Assembly (NCBI GenBank): GCA_038887515.1
Contig: JAWAKK010000003.1
Location: 11,482-75,481 of the forward strand
Reading direction: 5' to 3'
DNA length: 64,000 bases
From: Candidatus Nezhaarchaeales archaeon
Lineage (GTDB): Archaea > Thermoproteota > Methanomethylicia > Nezhaarchaeales > WYZ-LMO8
The position numbers and the translations under genes were made by a program. This document shows, piece after piece, positions 49,492 to 59,376 of this stretch (the stretch's first letter is position 1; the number at the start of each line of letters is the position of its first letter). The notes beneath the pieces are model-generated. The model searched no databases, was not told the origin of the DNA, and saw nothing but the letters and a program-made list of their open reading frames with translations.

Positions 49492-50451
49492 ATGGAAGAA
49501 CTGACCACCACTACTATAGGAAGCTTTCCTCTTCCGATGGGGATTGATGGATTCAAGCGTAGCCTCCAAGTCCAGGTTAAAGCTGGAATAGATTATCCTG
49601 CGGTGCCCCAACTTGAAGATTTTTGCATCATGTTCCTTAGGGAGATAGCTGAGAAAGGGAAGGGCATTGAGAGAAGGGGGGAACATTTTATTCTAAGTGG
49701 CCCTATTGAACCCCCCAAAGAACCGTCGATAGTACGGGACGTATCTTTTGCAGTAACCGTACTCAAGGGCATGAACGTGGATAAAGGTCTTAAAGTTCAG
49801 GTCACAGGTCCCTTTACGCTTTCATCTTCAGTAAAATTTTTAGATAAAACTGTCATGTCCTATCCGGACTTAGTTGAAAACTTCGCCGATGCCATAGCCG
49901 AAATGTTAATTTCGACCCTTAACTTCGAGGAGGTAGAAGTAGCGTTCGTAGACGAGCCAGCTCTACGTTATGCGTTATGGTACGGATACGACGACAACTT
50001 CGTAGCAGGGATACTAAATAGGATCTTCAAGAGACTCGGTCAAGATGTAGAGAGGGGATTACATGTATGCGGCGATGCACGGGGGCTTTCGGTAGTAACC
50101 TTAAAGCTAGACGTCGAAATACTACATCACGAATTTGCTGGCTTTCTCAAGAACTTTGAGGCCTACAGCTTAGCTGAGTTGATAAGTGCAGGTAAAATGC
50201 TCGGGATAGGGGCTGTAACTACAAGACCTGTAGACTCTATTCTAAAGATTGAGAGCGTCGAAGAAGTCGAAAGATTGTTGAAAAAGGCACTAGTGACTTA
50301 CGGTCCCAGGATAGTTGTGGCACCTGACTGTGGATTTAGGGGTCTCCTCGAGTTTTGGAGATTTGACGAAGCCATTGACGTTACGTTCCGGAAACTTAAG
50401 GTTATGGTTGAAGCCTCTAAAAAAATAAGAAAAGAAAATTCTTACTTGTAA
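49492..50451 (+). CDS. Core (single-domain MetE-like) methionine synthase
   Basis: TTIGSFP, TGPFTL, DEP, HVCG, PDCG; ~320 aa. Confidence 0.75.
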   Translation: MEELTTTTIGSFPLPMGIDGFKRSLQVQVKAGIDYPAVPQLEDFCIMFLREIAEKGKGIERRGEHFILSGPIEPPKEPSIVRDVSFAVTVLKGMNVDKGLKVQVTGPFTLSSSVKFLDKTVMSYPDLVENFADAIAEMLISTLNFEEVEVAFVDEPALRYALWYGYDDNFVAGILNRIFKRLGQDVERGLHVCGDARGLSVVTLKLDVEILHHEFAGFLKNFEAYSLAELISAGKMLGIGAVTTRPVDSILKIESVEEVERLLKKALVTYGPRIVVAPDCGFRGLLEFWRFDEAIDVTFRKLKVMVEASKKIRKENSYL

Positions 50452-50459
50452 ATTGTAAA

Positions 50460-50699
50460 TTACAGCTTTTCTATCTTTATAGCATTGACTGGACAACTAT
50501 CAGCAGCCTCTTTTGCACAATTGTATAGAGAATCAGGAATTTCACCTATTGAAGTCTTTTCGTCAAGATGCTTACTATATTTATCAACAACTCTCGCCTT
50601 GTATATGTCGGACCCCATAACGAAGACTTCGGGACAAATAGCTGGAGCGGCTCCGCAAGCGACACACCTTTCTCTATCTACGATTACTTTGTAGGGCAT
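50460..50699 (-). CDS. Monocluster ferredoxin
   Basis: CVACGAAPAICP...AADSCPVNAI. Confidence 0.85.
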   Translation of the reverse strand: MPYKVIVDRERCVACGAAPAICPEVFVMGSDIYKARVVDKYSKHLDEKTSIGEIPDSLYNCAKEAADSCPVNAIKIEKL

Positions 50700-50829
50700 A
50701 AGAAAAGTGTCCCTCAGGAAGTATATTAAGAGAGCTCGCGTTTATTACTAGGGAGAAAAGGTCTCTCAATAACGGCTGAAGCTCCATAGATTCGAGAGCT
50801 TATAGACCTTCAGTGATCTTTTGCAGGTC

Positions 50830-52167
50830 TCAGAGACAAGTTACGCTACCTTTAGACCATGAATTGAATGCTCGCTTGAGGGTTTCTATAAGTTTTTGCA
50901 AGTTCACAACGTGTTCTTCTCGGCTCTTCATGTCCTTTAATCTATAGACGCCACTCTCAACTTCCTGGGGACCTACCACAATTACGTAGGGTACACCTTT
51001 TACATCTGCATATTTTAATTGTCTATCCAATTTTCTTCCCATGAGGTCTACTTCGACTCTAATCCCTTCGCCCCTCAATCTCTCGGCCACGATTAGAGCT
51101 TCCTTTTTTGCGAGGGGGCTCGTATATGCAATGAATACCTGAGTTGAGGTCCTGAAACCTGGAAGCATGCCAGCTTCATCCAATACTTCCACTAGCCTAT
51201 CTATACCCAACGATATTCCCGTTGCAGGGGTCGGAGGTCCGCCCAATAACTCTATAAGATTATCGTATCTCCCCCCTCCGGCTACGCTACCTACGTTCAC
51301 GGTTGTTTCAGCTGAAACCTCAAATATTGGCCCGGTATAATAGTCTAAACCTCTTGCAAGGCTCAAGTCTATGACCACGTACTCAGAACAACCGTAGATT
51401 TCAAGGTTGCTTACTATCTCAGCAAGTTCGTTAATTCCTTCCCTACCCCTATCCGTCAGGATATGGCTTAATTCTTTTTCCACTATGTCTATGCTACCAC
51501 GTATAGATATTAACTTTATTATAGCCGATGCTTCATCATCCGCTAGGCCAAGCTTTTTCAGCTCTTGCTTAACTCCTTCAAGCCCAATCTTATCCATTTT
51601 GTCTATAGCTCTAAAGACGTTTAGCGAGATACTACCGGTAACCCCAGCATACGTAGCCATGGACTCGAGTATCTTTCTGTTATTGAGCCTGACCTTAAAG
51701 TTCTTCATGCCCAGCTTCTTCAGGCACGATACTGCAACTGCTATGACTTCAGCGTCGGCATCCATTTTTGCGCTACCAACTACATCAGCGTCCGCCTGCC
51801 AGAACTCTCTAAACCTTCCGCTTTGTGGTTCTTCATACCTCCACACTCTAGATATGCAATACCTCTTGAAGGGTTTAGGGAGGTCAGGATGACTGGCAAC
51901 AACCCTTGCTAGTGGGACTGTAAGGTCGAACCTCAGTCCAAGCTCTCTGCCACCTTTATCCTTAAAGGCATATATTTGTTCCCTAACGTCTGGCCCACAC
52001 TTGGCCGTTAATACCTCTAAGAATTCAAATGCAGGTGTTTCAAGTTCGTCGTAGCCATAGAGCTCGAAAACCGACCTGATGGTCTCTATTACATGACGCC
52101 TTTTAATCATGTCCCAAGGAAATAAGTCCCTAGTACCTCGAGGTCTTTTCAAACGAGCCTTATCCAA
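50830..52167 (-). CDS. hisS: Histidyl-tRNA synthetase
   Basis: PRGTRD, LRFDLT, GRFREF, RGLDYYTG, GGGRYD. Confidence 0.97.
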   Translation of the reverse strand: MDKARLKRPRGTRDLFPWDMIKRRHVIETIRSVFELYGYDELETPAFEFLEVLTAKCGPDVREQIYAFKDKGGRELGLRFDLTVPLARVVASHPDLPKPFKRYCISRVWRYEEPQSGRFREFWQADADVVGSAKMDADAEVIAVAVSCLKKLGMKNFKVRLNNRKILESMATYAGVTGSISLNVFRAIDKMDKIGLEGVKQELKKLGLADDEASAIIKLISIRGSIDIVEKELSHILTDRGREGINELAEIVSNLEIYGCSEYVVIDLSLARGLDYYTGPIFEVSAETTVNVGSVAGGGRYDNLIELLGGPPTPATGISLGIDRLVEVLDEAGMLPGFRTSTQVFIAYTSPLAKKEALIVAERLRGEGIRVEVDLMGRKLDRQLKYADVKGVPYVIVVGPQEVESGVYRLKDMKSREEHVVNLQKLIETLKRAFNSWSKGSVTCL

Positions 52168-52182
52168 GGCAATTTTACCTCC

Positions 52183-52719
52183 CTATAGTTCTGAGAGCGT
52201 CACCGTGTAATAACATACTTCCCCTTGAGAATCTATGACAGCTATTATAAGCTCTTTCCTCAGGTTTCTAGCTTCTCTAGCTTTATCAATTATCGTTCTA
52301 AGGTCTATAGGTTCTCCTTCTACTACTCCGAGTACTAGATACTTAGCTCCTTCTCGACCCACTTCAGCCCCCCTTCTATAAAGCCTAAACTCTACATGTT
52401 CTTGAGAAAAGCCTAGCTTAACGGCGTAACCTCTCCTTTTAAGATCAGAATATATGAGGTATTTCAGCCAGAATTTAGGGTCCTTATTAGACATTAAGCT
52501 TGAGAAATCCGAAAGACTCAGAGGCTTACCTTCAACTTCAACGGTAAGTACACCTTTTTCAAGTAAGTAAGCCGTTTCAACAGGGTCTAAAAGCAAATCC
52601 CCTTTTTCGTTTAACTCGCCGTAGTGTCCAAGCTGTCTGAGGGCTATGGCGTTTTCACCTTTTACTATTATAAAGCGATCCGATACTTCACCCTTAATTG
52701 GTGGTCTTGAAGTTGCCAA
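52183..52719 (-). CDS. endA: tRNA splicing endonuclease subunit (probably the structural subunit of an alpha2beta2 enzyme)
   Basis: LDPVETAYL, YSDLKRRGY, FRLY, RKELIIAVID; the catalytic His position reads G (EGAKYLV). Confidence 0.85.
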   Translation of the reverse strand: MATSRPPIKGEVSDRFIIVKGENAIALRQLGHYGELNEKGDLLLDPVETAYLLEKGVLTVEVEGKPLSLSDFSSLMSNKDPKFWLKYLIYSDLKRRGYAVKLGFSQEHVEFRLYRRGAEVGREGAKYLVLGVVEGEPIDLRTIIDKAREARNLRKELIIAVIDSQGEVCYYTVTLSEL

Positions 52720-52781
52720 GGAGCATCGACAGAGATCTAAGATTCCGTTAATTTAAACTTAGCCTCAAAACAAAAGTTATC

Positions 52782-53309
52782 TTGATAATAATGTGGAGGA
52801 AGATAGCGAGGGCATTAATTAACGAAGTTATTAGAGAGAAGGAGCCTTCAATAGTCATACTCTGTGTGGGCAATGAGTTTAGGGGTGACGACTCTTTTGG
52901 TCCTTACGTTGCTAAAAAAATTAAGAAGCTGGGTGTGAAGGGAGTCGTCAAGGTGATCGATTGTGGCACTACTCCAGAGAACTTTACTGACGTTGTTAGG
53001 GAAATTAGACCCACCCACGTGATATTGGTGGACGCCGTCGACTTTCAAGGATCTCCTGGAGACGTAATCTTATCGTTTGAACCTAGCTTTGATGAATTAA
53101 GTGTCTCGACCCATAAACCTTCATTCGCCCTACTTACAAAATATATACGGAACAGTGTAGGATCAAAAGTTATCCTGCTAGGCGTACAGCCAAAAAGTAT
53201 TGAATGGAGCTCAGGGATGTCAAACGAAGTAGCCACCGCAAGTGAGGAGGTGGTGAAAGCTCTTAGAAGCTTTATTAAGAGGTTGCGGGTCCTCCTAAAG
53301 GAACGTTGA
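52782..53309 (+). CDS. hycI: Hydrogenase maturation protease HycI family
   Basis: VGNEFRGDD, TPEN, VDAVD, STHKP. Confidence 0.9.
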   Translation: MIIMWRKIARALINEVIREKEPSIVILCVGNEFRGDDSFGPYVAKKIKKLGVKGVVKVIDCGTTPENFTDVVREIRPTHVILVDAVDFQGSPGDVILSFEPSFDELSVSTHKPSFALLTKYIRNSVGSKVILLGVQPKSIEWSSGMSNEVATASEEVVKALRSFIKRLRVLLKER

Positions 53310-54483
53310 GACGAGCCTCTTTAAGGAGGCTTAGCTGCTTTAAAACGTAGTCTCTTACTTCGTGGGGTGTCTTCTCTTCATACACGACTTTTCCCTTTAA
53401 AACTACTGGCTTAAGCATGACCTCTACGGAAGAACCACATTTAGGACACTTCTTCATCTCTTTCCCAGCCGCTAGCACATAATCCTCAAAGCAATTCCAG
53501 CATCTGTAGAGGTTCTTCTTTCCAGGCCATTTACCCTTCTTGGATCGAGGCTTACCTTCCACCTCAACTATATCCATTGATAGGTCAACGGAAGGTGGGA
53601 AAGCAATCGCAGTGCCTACCCCGAATCCATCAACTACGTCTTTAAGTTGCGCTATGACTTCCTCGTCTACTCCACCGCTAACTATTATTTTAACATTACC
53701 GAAACCACTTAAATTGAGGGCCCATCGAGCCTCCTCTACGATCTTCCTTATATTTCCTTTCCTCGAACTTGGTGTGTCGAATCTCACACCGTAAAGTCTC
53801 GAGCCAAGAGATTCAGCGGCCAATAAAGCCTCCACCCTTTCATCAAACCACGTATCGCAGAGAGCTATACGGGGCACTTCTTCTGGCATGTGACTATCAA
53901 ATGCTTTCCACGCCTTTACCTGATCTCCAAATAGAACTATTAGAGAGTGAGGCATCGTACCTATGGGTTTAAGTCCCAACTTTTCGGCTCCAAATGTATC
54001 TGAGATTCCATCGCATCCACCTATGTAGGCAGCTTTATCAACTATTGGGGCTATGAGCGGATGGACTGCTCTAGTGCCAAAGAATAAGAGCGACCTATCT
54101 CCGGCAAGCATCTTGCATCTAGCCGCTTTAGTCGCTATGCTTGTTGAGTGCCTTAAAATGCCAAGTATTGCCGTTTCATATTTACAGAAAGCCTCATAAG
54201 GTCCTTCAATATTCATTACTGGCTGGATGGGCCTAAAAAGTGTCCCTTCCGGGATAGAATATACGTCAACGTCCTTGCCTTCTAAGAGTTTAGCAACTTC
54301 TCCAACACCTAAAAGAACCGCCCAATTATAGCCCTTAGGCATGGAATATGCGTGTACCTCTGCTACAACGTTGACTCCCGATAAACCCTCCTTATTCAAT
54401 ATCTCAATGGCCCTCTCAAAGTATACATCCGTTACTTTTCCTTCAAGAATTTCTTCAATTGTGGCCATTAGAAAGCGAGTCAT
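53275..54483 (-). CDS. pncB: Nicotinate phosphoribosyltransferase (start ATG 54483)
   Basis: TDVYF, FFGTR, GTMPH, VRFDT, SGG, FGVGT. Confidence 0.9.
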   Translation of the reverse strand: MTRFLMATIEEILEGKVTDVYFERAIEILNKEGLSGVNVVAEVHAYSMPKGYNWAVLLGVGEVAKLLEGKDVDVYSIPEGTLFRPIQPVMNIEGPYEAFCKYETAILGILRHSTSIATKAARCKMLAGDRSLLFFGTRAVHPLIAPIVDKAAYIGGCDGISDTFGAEKLGLKPIGTMPHSLIVLFGDQVKAWKAFDSHMPEEVPRIALCDTWFDERVEALLAAESLGSRLYGVRFDTPSSRKGNIRKIVEEARWALNLSGFGNVKIIVSGGVDEEVIAQLKDVVDGFGVGTAIAFPPSVDLSMDIVEVEGKPRSKKGKWPGKKNLYRCWNCFEDYVLAAGKEMKKCPKCGSSVEVMLKPVVLKGKVVYEEKTPHEVRDYVLKQLSLLKEARLNVPLGGPATS

Positions 54484-54601
54484 CAAACCACTTCCCTTAA
54501 CGAGGCATATCGACTTCACTCTATTGAAAATGCAACAGGTTAAAATCTTTTTTTTTTTCAATAACTGTGAGTTTAGTTTCGAACGCTTTGTGGTGAAGAG
54601 C

Positions 54602-55894
54602 TTGAGATTGAGAGAAGTCTTGATGAGTGATGATTTATTAGTGATAGAAAAAGAAGTATCACCAATCTTTGAAGCCCCTTTAATCCTTAAGAAGAACGAC
54701 GGTGGCCCTATAGTACTATTCGAGAAGATTAAAGGCTATAATATGCAAGCGGTTGGAAACGTCTTAGGGTCAAGAAAAAGGCTGTTAAAATGGTTTAGGG
54801 CAAACAGCTATAGCGAGGTTTATGAGAAGCTCGTAAACGCGATAGAGCGACCTGTGAAGGCCATTGATACAGAGAGTTTTGCCAACTATTACTCTAAGTT
54901 CGATGGTGGACTAGATAAGATACCCGTATTTAAGCACTATGAAGGAGATGGCGGGCGATATATAACAAGCTCAATAGTGGTAGCTGAGTTTGACAACGTA
55001 TGCAATGCTTCGTTTCATAGGCTCTTAGTCTTGAGTAAAGATAAGGCAGCTATAAGGATAGTTCCGAGACACCTTTACGCCCTGTACTTGAAGGCAAGGG
55101 AAAAAGGCGTCGACTTACCAGTTGCAGTAGTAATAGGGTGCCACCCGTTAATATCGATGGCAGCTGCCTCCTCTCCACCGTTCGGGGTTAACGAGCTATG
55201 GGTTGCCAACAGCTTACTCGATTGTAAAATGAAGGTGGTTGCTACACCCAAGAACAACATATTGGTTCCGGCTGACGCCGAAATAATAATAGAAGGAACC
55301 ATAAAGACCGACGAGCTAGTCGATGAAGGACCGTTTGCAGATATAACAGGGACATACGATGCGGTTAGGAAGCAACCAGTTCTAAACGTTTACGCAATCT
55401 ATGTGAAGAATGATGCGCTGTATCAAGCAATCTTGCCAGCTAGCGTCGAGCATAGACTTCTAATGGGTTTTCCAAAGGAAGCAGAGCTTTGGATATCTCT
55501 TCGAAGGGTTGTGCCTACGCTACGTAGTGTGCGACTGACTGAAGGTGGTTGCGGTTGGCTCCATGCCGTCTTATCTATAGACAAGATGACCGAAGGCGAT
55601 GCAAAGACAGCCATAATGGCAGCTTTCGGAACTCATCCAAGTCTCAAACACGTGGTGGTTGTCGATAGCGATATAAACATAGACGATCCTAGAGAGGTGG
55701 AGTGGGCAATAGCGACGAGATTTCAAGCCGATAGAGGTCTAGTAGTGATAAGGTGGGCTCGAGGGTCGAGCTTAGATCCTTCAGCCGATCCAGATACGCT
55801 TTTAACGTGTAAAGTAGGCGTAGATGCCACAAAACCTTTGAAGGGAGAGGTCAAGAGGTTCGAAAAGGCTAAGATACCAGGGGAAGATGGATGA
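54602..55894 (+). CDS. UbiD-family decarboxylase, likely trans-anhydromevalonate phosphate decarboxylase (start TTG 54602)
   Basis: EGPFAD, WAIATR, GSSLDPS, DATKP; operon with both AcnX subunits. Confidence 0.85.
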   Translation: MRLREVLMSDDLLVIEKEVSPIFEAPLILKKNDGGPIVLFEKIKGYNMQAVGNVLGSRKRLLKWFRANSYSEVYEKLVNAIERPVKAIDTESFANYYSKFDGGLDKIPVFKHYEGDGGRYITSSIVVAEFDNVCNASFHRLLVLSKDKAAIRIVPRHLYALYLKAREKGVDLPVAVVIGCHPLISMAAASSPPFGVNELWVANSLLDCKMKVVATPKNNILVPADAEIIIEGTIKTDELVDEGPFADITGTYDAVRKQPVLNVYAIYVKNDALYQAILPASVEHRLLMGFPKEAELWISLRRVVPTLRSVRLTEGGCGWLHAVLSIDKMTEGDAKTAIMAAFGTHPSLKHVVVVDSDINIDDPREVEWAIATRFQADRGLVVIRWARGSSLDPSADPDTLLTCKVGVDATKPLKGEVKRFEKAKIPGEDG

Positions 55895-57072
55895 AGTTGA
55901 GTAAGACTGAAGAACTAATGTTGCAAGGCCACTATGGTGAGGCTTGCAAAAAATCTCTAGAGCTAATAATTGCGATAGCAGAGTCCTATGGCTGTGAAAA
56001 GCTGGTAAGGGTTAGGAGCGCTCATGTATCCGGTGTATCCTATAAAAACATAGGTAATGCAGGTCTCGAATACCTTAAAGACCTAGTAAGGGAAGGTGCT
56101 AAGGTAAGAGTTAAAACGACAATGAACCCTTGTGGCTTCGACCTCGATAAGCCGTGGCTCTTTAATGCTGATGAACATTTCGTTGAGAAGCAAATGGAGG
56201 TAATAAACTCGTTCAAAGCAATGGGGATAAAGCCTTCATTAACGTGTACGCCGTACTACGTGGATAATAAGCCCCATAGCGGGGATCACATTGCTTGGTC
56301 CGAGTCGTCGGCAGCAATTTATGTCAACAGTGTGATTGGTGCTTACACAAATAGGGAAAGCGGCCCTTCAGCCTTAGCGGCAGCAATAACAGGAAGAACA
56401 GCCCTGACGAAGGATCATACCAATGAAAGAGGCCCCGAGACCTTAGTTAAAGTATCGGTTAAAGTATCTGATTACTTTGAGTGGAGCCTTCTGGGCTTTG
56501 CCGTGGGGAGATTTGTACCAGACAAGTCGCCGCTACTAAAGATTAAAGGGACAACCCACAATAGAGATAAGCTTAAATGTCTTGCAGCCGGTCTCGGAAC
56601 TTCAAGCTCCACATCGGCCTTCTGGCTTGCTGATGATCGAACGAATTGTAAGCACAGCCTTAACTGCATAAGTATAGAACGCAGAGACCTAAAAGAAATT
56701 CGTGATAGGTGGTCTTTAACGAGAAAGCCGACCTTGGTCTTCATAGGTTGCCCGCACTGTAGCCTTCGAGAAATTAGGGAAATAGCTTTAGAGCTTCAAG
56801 GAAGGAGGGTTAAGGAAGGAGCCTTGATGCTTATATCTACTTCGAGGAGCGTATATGCCATGGCTTCTAAGGAGGGGTTACTTGAAGCCTTGGAAAGGGC
56901 AGGTGCCCACCTAGTTAAGGATACATGTCTCGTAGTATCACCAATTAGACTGTCAAAGAGTGATGTCGTATTGACAGACTCCGCAAAAACAGCTTATTAC
57001 GCTGAGAGCATGACAAACGCTACGATATCTGTTGGGAGTAGGAGAACATGCATAGAGGAAGCCACGAAGTAA
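55891..57072 (+). CDS. AcnX large subunit (phosphomevalonate dehydratase)
   Basis: AHVSGVSY, TCTPY, WSESS, GCPH, DTCLVV, TDSAK. Confidence 0.88.
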   Translation: MKLSKTEELMLQGHYGEACKKSLELIIAIAESYGCEKLVRVRSAHVSGVSYKNIGNAGLEYLKDLVREGAKVRVKTTMNPCGFDLDKPWLFNADEHFVEKQMEVINSFKAMGIKPSLTCTPYYVDNKPHSGDHIAWSESSAAIYVNSVIGAYTNRESGPSALAAAITGRTALTKDHTNERGPETLVKVSVKVSDYFEWSLLGFAVGRFVPDKSPLLKIKGTTHNRDKLKCLAAGLGTSSSTSAFWLADDRTNCKHSLNCISIERRDLKEIRDRWSLTRKPTLVFIGCPHCSLREIREIALELQGRRVKEGALMLISTSRSVYAMASKEGLLEALERAGAHLVKDTCLVVSPIRLSKSDVVLTDSAKTAYYAESMTNATISVGSRRTCIEEATK

Positions 57073-57479
57073 TGTTTAAAGGTAAAGGCGTAGTTAAAGG
57101 CTACTTTCGCGGAGAAGCGCTAGTAACTAGTATGCCTATTTCATTTCTTGGAGGGGTGGACACCTCGACGGGAACCGTAGTCGAAAGGGGTCACGAGTTG
57201 GAGGGGAGGACTCTGGCCGGTAAAGCATTGATCCTACCCCATGGTAAGGGTAGCACCGTTGGATCCTATGTTATGTACTCTCTCGCCAAGCAGGGACTGG
57301 CACCTAAAGCTATAGTGACAGTGAAGGCAGATTTGATGATTTTGACTGGCTGCGTCATCAGCAGAATACCGCTTATCGACAGGGTATCAGAGGAAGTATT
57401 AAGTGTCTTCAAGAGCGGCGATTTGGTTGAGGTCGATGCAAATTCCGGTTCTTTAAGGAAGATCTCAAGGCAAGAATGA
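57072..57479 (+). CDS. AcnX small (swiveling) subunit, DUF126
   Basis: ISFLGGVD, GKGSTVGSY. Confidence 0.9.
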   Translation: MFKGKGVVKGYFRGEALVTSMPISFLGGVDTSTGTVVERGHELEGRTLAGKALILPHGKGSTVGSYVMYSLAKQGLAPKAIVTVKADLMILTGCVISRIPLIDRVSEEVLSVFKSGDLVEVDANSGSLRKISRQE

Positions 57480-58736
57480 TCTAAGTATTTTCTCACTCAT
57501 TTCTGCTACACGCGCTCTAACTCCAGGATGAGCGTATACTCTGATTATGTCTACGTATCCTCTAAGACTCTCTATGAGCTTAGAGAACTCGACCAACCTC
57601 TTCTTAATCAGGAAACCCTCCTTTTCCTCGCAGACTGGAACCTCCATCGGGTCCGGCTGAGTTGGGGAGTAGGGGAGTGATGGCACCATCGGGGTGTCTA
57701 CCGCTACCATCCATCGTTCCACGTTGGCTTTTTGAGCTATTGTTTCTTCGATTTCATCTTTAAGTTTATCATCAATTATACGAGGGCCGTTCGATGTGTG
57801 GACCACGATCTCACATACAGATTTGAATAGACTTCTCCTCTCAAGCATCATGTAAAGCTCGCGGGCTATCTTCATTTCGCTCGAGAGATCCCCTTTCCTC
57901 TTAGAGATCTTCCTCAACTCTTGCTCCACGTAACCGTCGTCCATTGTTAAGAAGTCTTCGATGTTGCTAAAGTCAAAAAGCCCTTCACAGCGATAGGCTA
58001 TGTTTACGGCTTTTTGAAGCATGATCCAAGCCGATCTAACCGTCCTATGGAAGTATACTGCTTTGAACATTTCGTACCTTGAAATAAATAGCGACTCGAG
58101 GGCGTAGAGACTGGCCGGTAGTTCTAAAGCTAGAGTACCGTCAACGAACCTGATCGACATAAGCAAGCGGATCGCGTCCACTTTACCGTATTCTACGCCG
58201 GTATAGTACGAGTCTCTCAATAAAAAGTCGAGCTTATCTACGTCGAAGGGCCCCGAAATTAAGATACTTAAAGGTGAACCTAACCTGCCGACCGATAGAA
58301 GCGATATCCTTTCAGAGCTATAACCCAGCTCCTCGATCTTATCCTTAATTTCTGTAGTTTTCACTATCCTTACCGTCAAGTCTTCATGTGTAAGTGCCTT
58401 GTGCTTTAGGACTGCTTCTTCGAAAAGGTGAGAAAAGGGGCCATGACCAACATCATGTAAGAGGGCCGCCAACTTGAACTCTTGAAGTTCGTCGGCTGTT
58501 AGACCTAAGTCAAGCAATTTATTACTAACCGTAGAGGCTAGATGGAGAACGCCTAACGAGTGCCCGAACCTGCTATGATCTGCTCCAGGGTACGTCAAGT
58601 ATGCATTGCCCAATTGCTTAATTCTATGAAGTCTCTGCATCGGGTACGTATCCAAAACGTTCCTTTCAAGCTCATTCACCAATATGTAACCATGGACTGG
58701 ATCTCTTATTTCCCCCCACGTTCTAAGCCCTCTCAT
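57465..58736 (-). CDS. HD-domain phosphohydrolase (dNTPase/SAMHD1-like)
   Basis: DPVHG, QLG, HSRFGHSLG, LHDVGHGPFSH, DKLDFLLRD. Confidence 0.9.
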   Translation of the reverse strand: MRGLRTWGEIRDPVHGYILVNELERNVLDTYPMQRLHRIKQLGNAYLTYPGADHSRFGHSLGVLHLASTVSNKLLDLGLTADELQEFKLAALLHDVGHGPFSHLFEEAVLKHKALTHEDLTVRIVKTTEIKDKIEELGYSSERISLLSVGRLGSPLSILISGPFDVDKLDFLLRDSYYTGVEYGKVDAIRLLMSIRFVDGTLALELPASLYALESLFISRYEMFKAVYFHRTVRSAWIMLQKAVNIAYRCEGLFDFSNIEDFLTMDDGYVEQELRKISKRKGDLSSEMKIARELYMMLERRSLFKSVCEIVVHTSNGPRIIDDKLKDEIEETIAQKANVERWMVAVDTPMVPSLPYSPTQPDPMEVPVCEEKEGFLIKKRLVEFSKLIESLRGYVDIIRVYAHPGVRARVAEMSEKILRSFLP

Positions 58737-59332
58737 TGAATGTTGACCCCACGCTTCTTAAGTTCTATTGTAACGTAGTTCCTTATATCTGAGGCGACAA
58801 CTTCTAGTGGTCTCGAGGAATCAACGACAGCCCACCCATTTTTAGAAGCCATGTCGAGGAAGTACTTTCTGACGGTTTCAAGGAAATTCTTATTCTCGAA
58901 CTTCTCTTTAAGAGAGTGTTTCCGTGCAAGGGATACTGTTGGATTTACGTCCAGTATTATAGGTATGTCGGGCTTGAGAGAGAAACGATTTATCTCTAGC
59001 AGCCACTTCAAATCTAACCCCTGGGCCTGTTGATAAGCTAGTGATGAAATCAAGGACCTATCCGATACTACCATAAATCCTTCGTCTATGAGCGTCCTTA
59101 AATTCATAGAATGCTCGACCCTATCGGCAGCGAAGAGGAGGGCATCTACAGCTGGATGCACTCTTTCGTCGCGCAAGTAAGCCCTAATCAATGTACCTAT
59201 TCTTCCGACGGTGGGTTCCTTAGTCGCGAAGACCTTTAAACCTTTGGATGCTAGCCAGTCTACGAGTAGCTTAGTTTGAGTCGTAGATCCAGCCCCATCT
59301 ATGCCGTCGAGCGATATGTAGACACCCTTCAA
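58733..59332 (-). CDS. tmk: Thymidylate kinase
   Basis: DGIDGAGSTT, KEP, ADR, DRSLISSLAYQ. Confidence 0.93.
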   Translation of the reverse strand: MKGVYISLDGIDGAGSTTQTKLLVDWLASKGLKVFATKEPTVGRIGTLIRAYLRDERVHPAVDALLFAADRVEHSMNLRTLIDEGFMVVSDRSLISSLAYQQAQGLDLKWLLEINRFSLKPDIPIILDVNPTVSLARKHSLKEKFENKNFLETVRKYFLDMASKNGWAVVDSSRPLEVVASDIRNYVTIELKKRGVNIQ

Positions 59333-59376
59333 TTTCTATCCCTCAAATCGAGACACATTTAGGATATCGTTTGAGC

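Noticed and set aside
54341-54601. Long overlapping N-termini of the pncB and ubiD ORFs (similarly mtnP, pth2, FKBP)
   Set aside because: ORF-finder extensions; family homology begins at the downstream starts.
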